NCBI RefSeq assembly: GCF_964204645.1 | Contig: NC_134030.1 | Span: forward strand, 12,607,947 to 12,671,946 | From: Tubulanus polymorphus | Lineage: Eukaryota > Animalia > Nemertea | Length of the DNA stretch: 64,000 bases | Reading direction: 5' to 3' | Part shown: positions 29,101 to 42,200 of the stretch, one piece after another | Position numbering within the stretch: the stretch's first letter is position 1 | Layout: each line of letters opens with the position of its first letter | Notes under the pieces: model-generated | What the model saw: the letters and a program-made list of their open reading frames with translations, nothing else | Database searches by the model: none | Told to the model about the DNA's origin: nothing | Position numbers and translations under genes: made by a program

Positions 29101-32100
29101 ATGGCTACTTCCTGCGCAGCCTTTTCAGGTGCTCTGTTGGAAGAAGTCTGTCGGGCTGCCTTTTGTAATTCTCCATCGACATTCACATCATTTTATATAC
29201 GGGATGTTTCAGGCCAGTTAGGCTCATTAGCGTCACTCGGTCCTGTTGTTATGGCTCAAGGTGTCCGTTCTTTTGGATCGGACTCTTTAGCGTAGAATTT
29301 TTATGTTTGCATTATCAGGATCACAAGGGGTCTATCCATGTACATAGTTTGAGCTCATATCTGCAAGTATTAATTTTGCAAAGTTCAGGGGGCCCCTGAG
29401 CTGGACGGACTCACTGTGGCCAACCGGTCTTCCCTGTGCTACAGTGCTCCATTCCGTGCTTGGGTAAGTGCTCTCTTTTTTCCCTCTTACCTTGCGTTTG
29501 AGCGGTGGTTTTTCTATCTACCTTTCCCACCAGTCTAGCAAAAACCATAGGAAAGGGTACAGTACTCGACGGAAATATTACAATTTTTGGAACTAAAATT
29601 TGTATTTCCGAGTAGTACTTACCCTTTTCTATGGTGGGAATCCTGCCCACCTGCCCCGCATAGCTGCATTTTTGGGTCTGCTGTGACGTAAAAAGATGGT
29701 GGATTTCGCCGGTGGTTAAATGCAATACCGCATTGGCGATCAATGCAAATTTAGAAAATATTGGCAAAAACCATAGGAAAGGGTATGTACTGCTCGGAAA
29801 TACAAATTTTAGTTCCAAAAATTATAATTTCAAAGTACCATAGGCCTAATTGACTGTTTATCTACTGTCCTTTTATAACACCGTGTTGATGGATGAACAG
29901 GATTCTAAATTCCCTTCATTTTCATGGCATGGTTTGGCTGCATCGCGTACATGCGATCGTGGTCGACACATTATCCAGACAAGATCAAGAATACGAATAA
30001 GGATGTGCAGAAAACCCGTTATTGCTGCTTTGCAGCTATAATTTAGAACTCTCGTTGCACGCCAACAAATGGGGTAACATATCTTATGAATCATGAAGCT
30101 TTACTTTGCGTACACTACAGATGTAGTCTCATAGAGATTACCTATTGTCTTTTGTAACCCACGATTGGAAGAAAAGCCTGTCAGAAGAGAATTCATTTGG
30201 AACTGGACGGTTCTGTGTTTCTGATATGTGGAATGCAAATTTGCTGCAATCATACGGTGTTAGATTGTTGAATTGAGTGATGGGCTATCCATCGAAAATG
30301 TCGTAGATATTCTTCAAACAATTGCCGAAACCATTCGTCAATCAATATCACATGGACATCTACTTTATCATAGACAGCAACAAAATAATTGGATCAATTA
30401 AACCATGCAAAAATCTTTTGTCTATCTTATTTACCTACTGTATTTTCTGGCCAGTGAGTTGCCAATAATCCCTACCAATAAAGCCGCATGCGCTTTTTAG
30501 CCAAAAATATATGGATTTCTTTAAGCTTCACCCAATAGGCCGAGGCCCTTTAACAGAGTGTGTAATTCACTGATTTGTCAATTAGTCTTAATTGACGATC
30601 TAAGTGGGCTATATACACAGACTACATGTCTACAACTTATATGTGTATATGTATATATTAATGTATTACACAAAAAGCTCACCAATGATGCGTGTATGTA
30701 AAAATGTATAACATTGCTGTTTTGAGGTGATGAAACAAAACCATGTAACAAAATAGTTAAAGATTATTAGTAGTAAATTAACCTAAAATTGATATGGACC
30801 GCTGTTCTTGATTTATACAATCTTTTGGAGCATTACGGTGACAGATCGAAAGTGATTTTTAGGTGAGATCGAATCAAATAAGCTGATCATGATATTTTGG
30901 GGTTAAAAAATCTAAGGCTAAAAAATCAGCATATTGGCCGGAAAATACGGTATTTTATCTCAATCATTTGCCACTGGTCTACCTCATTGAAATATGCACC
31001 ATATTTTAACTAGCAAATTTTAAATGCTTTATCATGGTTAGTGTGCGTCTGACTATAGTTTTCATATTCTTTTCCTATGTAGATTGTGTTTGATGGTATC
31101 CTCATTTCACCAGCTGAGCTAATGGTGAGTTGTTTTGTTGTTTCGATATGTTTTCCATGTTATACCCTTATTCAGTCTTGTATAAAGAAAACCTTATTTG
31201 TATTAGTATGTACCAAAAGTACCTCAACATTATCGAAGGGAATCTGTACAAGTTGGTGCTTTCTCAACGCTGACTGACCACATCCGAAACCATGAACCAT
31301 ATCCACCATTGTCTGAAGTTATCAGAGACAATGTTGATGGTAATTCAGACTCATACTTAGAAAAAGTTGCCAGGAGGAAAACGAAAGTGAAGAAAAAAGC
31401 TCGTAAAATTGCTATATGTGATTTAGAGTCCAGCACTGAATATTGCTCATCATCAAAGGAAAGCTCAAGAGGTAAACACAATGATTAAATCAAATTTTCA
31501 GGCCACCTGTGGACAGCTCTTTGTTGCAACTATTTCAGCAAATTTAACTTAATTGTTGCTAGTTGACAGGCTTTGTCAATGTTCAACTGTATAACATATT
31601 CATTTGTGTTTGCTTGCGTGTTATTACCATCTCCTGGTAGGGGGAAACATATTTTCTGCAGTGTGCACCATCCCCTTGAGACCTTTGTAGGGTGATACAG
31701 CGTGCAATTCTTGATTGGTTTTTTGGTATTCCTTTGTTAGCTATAGTGGAGTTGGCATTAAGCCAATTATGTAAAATCATGTTGCGTTGTTTTATGTGTC
31801 TATGTATTTCATTGGTATTCCGCCTTAAGAATAAATGATGCGATTGGAGACACGCGAAACCTCTGACATGGTCGGCTTCATTAAAATTCCTTAAAAAAAA
31901 GTTCCTGTTCTTGGATCTGGCGTATAAAATTGCAATGCCCTTGATAGGGGGCGTTGTTTCTTCAAGTGAATGTGATTGGCTGTTCTTACGATATATTGGA
32001 ATACAATATTGAAATTGTTAGATTGTTGAGCATTTGAAACCACTTCCCAAGTGGGCATGGTGTCCCTGGACCCCTAGTTTATCGTGCAACTGAGCATGTA

Positions 32101-35100
32101 TTCATACAAATAATGCATTCAAGTATGATCCAATCTCCAGTTCCTAGGATGTTGAATTTTGGAAAAAACGGGGAGCAGTGTTTGAAGGCTGGTATTTGTT
32201 TTTATATATGGTGTATCGTATAGAGCTTAAGGACTTAATTGGTCTTGTGTTAATTGCATTCAATATGGCAGATTGGCGGCACTTATTTTAGATCATTGCG
32301 CACTTTGTTTCTTGTAGCCGCCACTCCAGTGATAAATGATGGAGAGTATCTAGGCACTCGTGAACAGTACGAGACATCAAGAAAACAACTTGGTCCACGG
32401 TGGTTAGTTGCAATCAATGTGCACAAAAATCATGATCCTGACAGTGATTCAATGACTGCTACAAATGAATCATCCAATACACCTCAGCCCATTGAAAGAC
32501 CCGATGATGATTACTACATGAATGACACGATGGATAACAATCTATCTAAAATGGTATGATTTATTTCTTCAGTGACCAAATTTATTAAATATTACACCAT
32601 TGATATCATCTTTGTCGGATTCTTTGCTTGTTATTTGTTCATAATATATTACATTGAAGACTGGTGAAGGGAAATGCCATGATATGAAAAACCTTCAAGA
32701 CCATAGCAATACTTTAGACCCTGCGAGATTGGAATGGCAACAACCGGAAAACATCGAAGAGGGTAAGTCTAGCTGAGTTCTTTCAAGAGTGATTTTTGAC
32801 TTCTTCAACTATAGTCAACGAATTCTTTATAATGGTCTGGAGACCTTTCCGGAAATAACTTGCTCACAAAATGCCGTGCACGTAAACTCGTCTTTTGTAC
32901 TTTGTACCGTACACTTTCGTTATGGGATAAGTGCCATTTAAAACGTTACCAAACAAAGGTAAAACGGTGAGAAGATGAAACTATGTTTCCAGTTATGCAG
33001 TAATTAGCAGTCAAAGTTCGGTATTTTTTCACAAATATATGTTCCATCCGGAAAATGAATACATCATTCTGTGAAGATCACGTGTGCTCTTTCAGCTAAT
33101 CACTGCTCTTCTACGGGGTAGGCCGCGGCCTGCATGATCGCGCTTGTGACGTCATCGTGAGAAAGCTGCGCTCTGATTGGTTGTTGAGGGAATACCCTCA
33201 ACAGCTGGGGTATTCCCCAAACAGCCAGTTTAACAAGAAATTGCTAGGGATAGACGCCATTTTGACGTCTTGGGTAAGTGAAGTTCATGTTTTTTGCTGA
33301 ATATGGTAGAATTATCTAATGTAGTGTAAGAATCCAGTTAAGTATGGCAATGCTGGGTCCAATGTTGATGGAATTCTGACTTTGATTTATTCCTTCAATG
33401 TCTTAAGCACGCAAAATATTACGTCGAAAAGTAAATTAAACAACCTGACAACTGTGGTATTAGCTGGTGTTTTCTGTCGATTTCTACCGACAAACCGTCA
33501 TTTACCTAGGTTAATGATTAACGGAGCTACATTGCATCGATATCAAAGTATGCAGCATAATTTTTAGTTGCAGGTGATTTATTCTCAACCGCATAAGTGT
33601 GCCCTTCTAATAATTATTACCTATCAAATTCAAATTTCAACTTAATTTATCTCGCCTTGGAGACAATATGCTCTCAGTAGAATATTTCCATTTTTTTCAG
33701 ATTCATTGTTCTCAATCTCTGCTTCAGGATTCCTGCTTAGGTGAGTTTTTTTCAGTATTTTTGTCATTTCAATGTTGGACGGGGGCAAGTTATTGTGACA
33801 GTTGTCGTAGACTTGTATGGGGTTGGGGGATGAATGAAAATGGCTTGGCCGGGCGGGAGCGTCTACCCAAATTTTTCTTAGGTCTTGACTTGACATTTTT
33901 GTGGCAACCAACGCCAACGGTTACTAGATCATGGGGTTTTCCATGGCCGGCCTAATAGATATCCTAACTTGACAAGCCCTGACAGTGTATTGAATGCTTT
34001 TTATTTGTGTTTTGATTAGGCAGAAACTAAATTGGTACATATCTATTGTTTCAGATTTGTCAAATTGATGTTGAATGATACGTACAATCCCTATCTACAC
34101 GAGACAGTGGTTTCTATTCGTCTATACTTCAGCAAACACTGCTTTCCTCGGAATAGCTTCAAAATCAATGCTCCACCGGAGTAAAGGCATTTTTAACAAC
34201 ACTAAATGTCCATCATAATTGTTGTATACATTTCATCTATCTTCTACATTCTTTTAATGTTTAAATGTTTACGTGTAATAGCTCTTTGTTTCTTGAGCCA
34301 GTTTGTCTGTGTCTAACGCGTTAATTGTTGTTTGTCTCACTGTCATGTCACTACTCGTCACCTTTGTTTTTGTATCATTTTCCATGTCTCAACCTGTCTC
34401 TTATCTCAATGTATATAAACAGTTTGTGTGTAAAAATAAATCAGTTCCAGTTTTGGTATTCCAAGCTGTTAGTTAAATCTCACTCTCTTCGCTCTGTTCC
34501 GGATTTCCGACGTCGACCATTCTTCACGAATAGGATCGAAAATAGCTTTGCTAAATTGGTGGATTCTGCCCGGGTTCTCCACCAATTTAGCAAAGCTATT
34601 TTCGCTATTTTTTGCTATTACACGTAAACATTTAAACATTAAAGGAATATAGAATATAGATGAAATGTATACAACAATTATGATGGGCATTTAGTGTTGT
34701 TAAACATTTCTTATCTCAGTGTTGCCAGACTTCCGGAAATTTCCGGAGTTCCGGAAATCGAAACTTTCAAAAAAAAATCCGGATATTTTCTTCTCCTTAC
34801 TGCGCGAAAATGCCGTTAATTTTTATTAGAACGGCCACCCATACGCATTCGCTGTGATGATTGCACCACCACCAATCGTCATGACGACGCCGCGCAGCTC
34901 TGCGGTCGAGCGGCTTTTGTGTAAGTATACAGAGTAGTGCTTATAACTTTATTGATTTTATACTCGAATGTGTATTGTAAAATTTTGGAGTTCAATAAAC
35001 TTCTGTACTGTAACCACGACTTGACTTGCTGATGCGCCGCGCTTGTATTAGATCATCTTTATCAGAGCATTCATAGGTACGTCCCTTCAAGTTACACATC

Positions 35101-38100
35101 TATGATCATCTATATAGGCTTAGGCCTAAACTATCTATGATCCGTCCTTTTTTGAATGTTCCATTTTTTTTATTTTCAATAGGCCCGTATGCGATAGTTC
35201 CCCGGAAAATGAGTTGCATAATATTCACGGATAAATTGAATATTAACGAAATTTTAAATATTTCCTTGCCAACTAAGCGCTCAAGCGCTACGATCTTGAA
35301 TTTGTGAGCGTTCATCGGCGCATTTGAACTGCAATAATTCAGGACTCGACCCGTAATGCGTGAGAAGATGCTGATCGTCAACGAATGAGGATGTGCCACA
35401 TTGGAAATAGCCATTACCTTCCAGAATATAATAAGTTGTTCATGGGTTCACGATCGCTCTAAGTGCTCGGAAAACGCTTCTAATTTCTGAAATTTTTTTT
35501 TTGGGGGGGGACCCCCAAACCCCCCCAATTGGCTTCGCGCCTTTGGCGCTCGCAAGTTTGTGTATGTCAATAAATACTTCCGGATATAGCAAAGCTAGGT
35601 GCTGGCAACACTGTTATCTGAAACAACCTAGTGGTACCAGCACGTGCAGTAGTGACAGATTGGACATTGAATTTCCCTCAGACCGCACATTTAAAAAAAA
35701 GTTGAAGTTAATACAATTCAAGTCTCAATGTACTCGCTGTTCGTCAACAACTTGTTGGCAATCAAACAGTTGTGCGTTTTCAAAAATATCGAGAAGCAGG
35801 TCGATTTTGATCTAATCACATATGTTTCATTCAGCCACTTATCTTTACTTCGAATCCAGAAAATAATGAGCATGGTTCAATGTTTATTTTGGTGTGACCA
35901 TAGAATTTGTTGTACAAGTTAGTTAAAACGTCCAAGCTTATTCATACATTGCTAGTGATAACGACTACCTTTAAGTCCTAATAGCAATAGACAGTCTTGT
36001 TGATATTTTTAACTTTAAAACGGGTCCTTTAGTAAAATTGCTGAAATGTTTTATATTGTTACATTATTATCTGTGTAATGACAAATAATGTGTTGTAATC
36101 AGGACTTTATGTAATGTTTATTTTTCTTTGAGAGATTTTATAGTGCAATATTTGTGAAAAAAGTTTTCAATAAAGTTTGAATAAGTTGGACAACCATTTT
36201 TCGTCTTCTCTGTGAAGTTTTTGCTGTGGCTGTTATTCATCTGCTTTTAAGAGGTATTCACTGATATGCAGTTTGAAACTGAAGTGGTTGGATAGAGCAT
36301 CAAACATAAACCTCAAAAGGAATTTCCAGCAAAAAGTTTCAGCTCATGTGGATCTTTGAGAAAATAAGCCCAGAAAACAAGCAAATTTTAGAATTAAGAC
36401 AGTATTGAATTCTAAATTACATTTCAGCACAAGTGGTGACATATATATTTGTTATACATGTAAATGTAATTGATAAGTTTAAAAACATTGATCCAGCCTG
36501 CCCGGCGAGGCGGGACCTATTCCAAACTGGAACTTCCGATTATCTCGACAAAGTCTCAAGGTCGATGGACCTCTTGTTTGAATTTTGAATCAAACTTTTG
36601 GCAACTGAACCCCCGTGTTGATTACACTGCCTGGAACCATCAGCTTTTGTACAAAATGATTTAATAGCACTCAAACTATGAATAGATGGAAATCCAACCG
36701 GAGTTGGGCACTGAAACTAACGTGTCACCATTTAAAATGATGAGAAATCTTGCTCTAAATTTGGGGTAATGCAAGTGTCAGATAGATTAACTAAAGTTTA
36801 GAATTTTAGCTGCCAAATTAAGTTGAAGTAGAGATCAAATAAAATTGTGCTATGCATTGCGAAAATAACATCTACATGTTGCTCGAAACAACTGTTGTAG
36901 GGCATCATTAAGACATCTTGCAAGAGAATATTCTAGAAATTCAAGGTGGTTAAAAGGTCACAATTTTTGTGATCCACCTTGGTGAAACTTGCTGTAAAGT
37001 GATAGCCCTGTGTCTATACAACAAAATTAATAAAATAAAATAGCACCATATATGATCAATAGCAAATGAGCTAACCCAGTATTGATTTAGATTAGATGCC
37101 CTGATGATTTTGTTTTTAAGCCCACTCAGACTTCAGTCATTCATGTTTTACAATCACTTCTATCATCTGTCGGTTGGTACCTCCATCAGTCTGTTTGTCT
37201 ATTCATCTGTCTAAAGATGGAATCCAGTTATTTTGGGAAATCTTGAAGATGCTTCGGATTGATTTTTGATATCAAGTTAATATTCTCAAAACGAAGGGGC
37301 GTGAAATCTGCACTCTTGTGACCTCGAAATTGATATTACAAAATCACAAATTGTGCCGAAACAAACATTTTTGAACAGAACGGTTTACAATCAGTGTATA
37401 AGTCAATAGAATACATGATATTTTGAAATAGAAAAAAGATGTCTATTACCATTTAAGTTTTAGAATGTCATTATTAAACAAAAATGTTTGTGTTATGTTG
37501 TATTGAAGATGCTGAGGGTGAGACATACATCGTCACAATTGACAAAGATGAATCTACTGAGTCTCAGAAGAATGTGTTTCTTGTTGTTGGAACCCAGTTC
37601 CTTTGGGAAAAGGACCTTTATGGGCAGTTACATGAGAAACTAGACTTGCGTTCATTATTGTCCATCCATCCATACACTGCTAATTCAAACTGCGCAGGAT
37701 TTCATGGACAGACAGCACTACGCCTCACCTTTGACTACTGTAAGAAAAGCCGCCAAGAACGCAAATACATAATGGAAGATGACCAAGATTGTCAAAAACT
37801 GCTCACACAACTTCAGCCTTTTATTGCTGTAAGAAATATGGAAAGCGAAAGAAAAGACTTGTATCACGTAAGCTGTTGATGTTAAAAACTATTGTGCATG
37901 AACATTTTGTCCCTGAGACTTCGCTTAACTGGTAGTTGACGTGGAATTTTGCTGAACTTTTGATATATGGCAGTCTGGATTAATTACTAAGACTTCATCT
38001 CATTAGAAGTCATAACAATTTGAAGTTTTAATCCTACCTTAGTTCAAAAGATTTACTGGGGTAACAAATTGGATATCAGTAGAATGACAATAACAGTATA

Positions 38101-39186
38101 CATCCCTCGGTAAACCATAAAACATCTCTGTAAACATTATGATATAGAATATATTATGTGTACCATGTATAATTCATATCATTCTAGTGTCTTAAGTGTC
38201 AACGCAATTTTCCATTTTTAAAGAAAGTTACGAAACTTGTGGACTCGAAAGGTGAGTTTCTCTCTAATTTATAGAACGACCCAGAAACAGTTTTTCATTT
38301 TGCACTAGTTTTTTTTAAAGATTTTCATTCCTTGAATAGATGTGAATAGACTATGTCCTCATTGTGACAGTAGCATGCTGATTGAGCTTTCTGGAGAAGA
38401 AATCCAAGCGCGTGCCCCAAGTGGTGATGCTATTGAACAAGTAGGCTCTCTGAAATACTGCAAAGCTGTTGATTCTTCATGTCCTCTTGCTACATCTTCT
38501 ACACAGAATACACCAGTGAAGTCACGAATGTTGGGGTAAATTTTATCAGATCTTTTCGAAATAGTATCATCAACCATTTTATTCCAAAAGTAGAAAATTC
38601 TTGAAAAAATGTCAGTAACTCTTTAATATGTTCGCTGCCGCTGACGAGATAAATCATCATGGTGGGTGCACCGCAGTTAGCCATGACGAGTTATATCATC
38701 ATCGATTCAATGTCATTTCATAGCGTTATGAATGAACTGGTAGAGACCAGACAAGCTCAGAATTGTCTGGCAGTAAGGACTAAGATATTATTTGTGGGGG
38801 TAACTCAAGTCCGGTGCACACTTGAGAATTTTTTTCATAAAAATCTTCAGAAAGTAAAGAATTTTAGCTTCTTTTTCGGCCACTATTTAGAGAACATATA
38901 ACAACTAAAATCATTCTATATTATTTTCACAATGAAACTTAGTTTTTAGTTAAGCTCCGCTGTGACCGAAGGTCAACGGAGCTATAGAGCCATTTTCTTT
39001 ATTTGTCCCCAGGGGCCGCCCCCAGGGGCGGAGTTTCTATTTCTTCAAATCGCTGCTTGTCCTACAGTTTTAGTCAGATCAATACCAAATTTAGTATGAA
39101 TGTTCTATATTAAGGCCTATAAAGTTATAGAGCCATTTTTGATGGGTTTCGGCATCAGACGAACCCATCTATGGCATCGTCGTCAT

Positions 39187-39221
<35 letters not shown>

Positions 39222-42200
39222 GATGTTTCTTTATGACACGATTTAAGCTGTTTGTGTGGACCGACAATTCTGTAATTTCACACAGGTATTCTCTACTTGA
39301 TGTAGATGGTGCAGCTTGGTTTATATTTGATTCCGATGGTTATAAGTGCTCTAATTTGGTTAAAAGATAATTAACGTTACTCGCTAGTTCAAGCCGCTGT
39401 ATAGCGCGTTGCTACGACGACGCTCGATCAACATACTGGTACTCGCTTTGTAATACTGAACACGTATATACCTGTAGATATTGATCGTACTAGCGCCGGT
39501 TTTAGATAGCGCGCGCGCTGATCGGTCTTAACACTTCTCGGAACTGCTGTGCTAAATGCTGAGAGGCCGAATCTATGCGCAATCATTTATTGGGCTTGTC
39601 ACATTTGATAGTGAATGGATAAATAACCGGTGTCAATGACGGTCGCTACTCCCCATCTGTATAACTCATCAGTATAAGAAATAATTCTTTTGAGTTTTTT
39701 TTTCAATCCCCGAAGTTGTTGTTACTATGTTGAACTCGCAGTTTTATAAGCTTACCGATGATTCTTCTAGTATTTTCAGGGTCACAAGACATGACGAAGT
39801 CGCAAAGTTTTGTACAAATTTCACGAAACAAACAATTATTTAGGCGGCACCGGATCTATTGATTAATTATGATAAATAATGTTTATTTCATTAAAAATTT
39901 GTTTTATTCAAACACTACTTTCATCGCACATAGCGTGATCGGTAGGCCCTACTATTCTACGGTAGGCCATGGACTCTTTCATGTGGTGTCCGTGAATAAG
40001 TGACACGTGGTGGGGCGGGTTGTGAGGAGCATCGAAACTAATCCGTCACAAATAATAGATAGAAAACAATACCTTAAGAGGTTAACTTTTATTAGCTCCG
40101 CTGTGACCGAAGGTCAGCGGAGCTGATGGGTTAGGGGGTTCGTCGTCGTCCGTCCGTCCGTCCGGTGTTCGGTGTCCGGCGTCAACTTTTTCTTTATATC
40201 CCTACTAGTCCTACAGTTCTGATGGGATCTTGATGAAACTTGGTATGAATGATCTATGGGGGAGTGCCTACAAAAGTACAGAACCATAATTTTGATTTTG
40301 CATAAATTATGCAAATTAGGGCTATTTTTAGATTTTCACTAAAATCGCTACTCCTCCATCGATTTTCAGCGGATTTCAATCAAACTTGGTATGAATGATC
40401 TATGGGGGAGTGCCTACAAAAGTACAGAGCCATATTTTTGATTTTGCATAAATTATGCAAATTAGGGCTATTTTTAGATTTTCACTTAAATCGCTACTTC
40501 TACTTCAGTTTTCAGTAGATATCAACCAAACTTGGTACGAATGATGTATGGGGGAGTGCCTACAAAAGTATAGAGCCATACTTTTGATTTTGCATAAATT
40601 ATGCAAATTAGGGCTATTTTTAGATTTTCACTTAAATTGCTACTTCTACTCCAGTTTTCAGTAGATTTCAACCAAACTTCATATGAATGATCTATTGGGG
40701 AGTGCCTACAAAAGTATAGAGCCATATTTTTGATTTTGCATAAATTATGCAAATTAGGCCTTTTTTAGATTTTCCTTTCAATCGCTACTCCTCCAATTTT
40801 CAGCGGATTTCAAACTTAGTATGAATGTTTTTATAGGGGATTGTCTAAACCAGTATAGAGCCATATTCTAGATTATGCATAAATTTTGCAAATTAGGGAT
40901 AATTTTTTTAGATTTTCACTTAAATCGCTACACCTTCTTCAGTTTTTATCAAATTTGAATTAAACTTTTTATGAATGATCTATGGGATGATGCCTACATA
41001 AGTATAGAGGATGTTTTGCAAATTAGTTCTATTTATAGATTTATCTTGTTAAATGACTGCTTCTTCGGTTTTCAAACCGAACTTGGTATAAATGAACAAT
41101 GGATGGGAGAGCCATATACTATAGCCTACTTCATTTGCAATAGTTTTTCAATTTCTAAAACTTTTGTGCTATAATATCGGTATAATTAAATTCAAATGCC
41201 TTTTATCGTAAGTAAGGATACAAGATGGACTGCAAGTTGGACCGTTCAGCATTGCCATTATTTGAAGTAAGTTTCTGAAGTTGTCCTGAGAGCGTATTAA
41301 GCCTACACTAGTTCTAACCATATAAGTAATCATTTATTGCATTTCGTGTTGACTTTTGTTTGTGATTCTGGCAAATTTTCTTAGAAAAAAGCATTGAGAT
41401 TGCACTAGGGCCTATTACGTGCAGAACATCTAGAGTCAATTTATATAAAAGATGAACATGGACATTATAAAATCAAAATTTTATTTGATAACTAATTTCT
41501 TTATTGTGATGTAATTAACATATTATATGTGATGAGTTTACTAGTAGTTCCACATAAAATGTTACGGTTTATTTAACAGTTTGTCAGTTTAGAGTATGTT
41601 AGTATGATTATTGGTATTGTGGCCCTTCTCCAAGTGGCTATAATGTCCCTGAACATCTAGTTTCAAATAGATACTGATGTGATAGTCTATGCTCCAAGCC
41701 ACAACAAAGACAGCGGAGCTATATAAGCCGACAGGCTTCTTGTTAACATCATTACCAAATCAAAACCTGCACATCCTATCATAAATAGAAATTCTAAGAA
41801 TTTATTTCAAAGAATAATAAATTACGTCTTAATATTGGGATTCGAACTCGTAGCATCCATTCAGGTGCCTTTCCCAAAGCGGGTATCCCGCGGGGAAAAC
41901 CCATTACTATTTATATCGAGAATCGCCTTTTTGACAGCGAGTTCGGTGAATGAAACAGAAACAATTACACAGAAACCCATCATGGAAAGTTTCTTTCTGG
42001 TCTTTATTCGTCCCCCAGGGGGCACCCCTGGGGGTGGAGTTTCTATTTATTCAAATCACTTTTAGTCCTACAGTTTTTTGTCAGATCAATTCCAAATTTA
42101 GTATGAATGTTCTATGGACCAAGGCCTATAAAGTAATTTAGCCCTTTTTTGATTCGTCCCCTAGGGGGCGCCCCTGGGGGTGGAGTTTCTATTTATTCAA

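Larger units (their letters stand above)
23312..29827 (+). mobile_element. DIRS1-type tyrosine-recombinase retrotransposon, full structure, inactivated
   Basis: Left ITR 23312-23449; right ITR 29690-29785 with extension to 29827; ICR 29538-29635; gag, RT-RH-MT and YR remnants; no TSD. Confidence 0.95.
20289..30043 (+). mobile_element. large HINE family B element hosting the DIRS insertion
   Basis: 5' hairpin tagggttttctgttacttcacagaaaacccta plus (tta)n; 3' cagaaaaccc plus hairpin gctgctttgcagc; gttcgaacaa-rich satellite at 22410-22870. Confidence 0.7.

Noticed and set aside
29411-29818. Minus-strand 135-aa ORF with an internal repeat
   Set aside because: It arises from the ICR/ITR duplication.
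40200-41100. Regular repeats with a palindrome resembling a CRISPR array
   Set aside because: Whole 146-bp units are homologous, with no unique spacers and no cas genes; the context is a eukaryotic intron.
41835-41856. tRNA B-box-like gagttcgaatccc on the minus strand
   Set aside because: No cloverleaf or A-box could be built; at most a SINE remnant.
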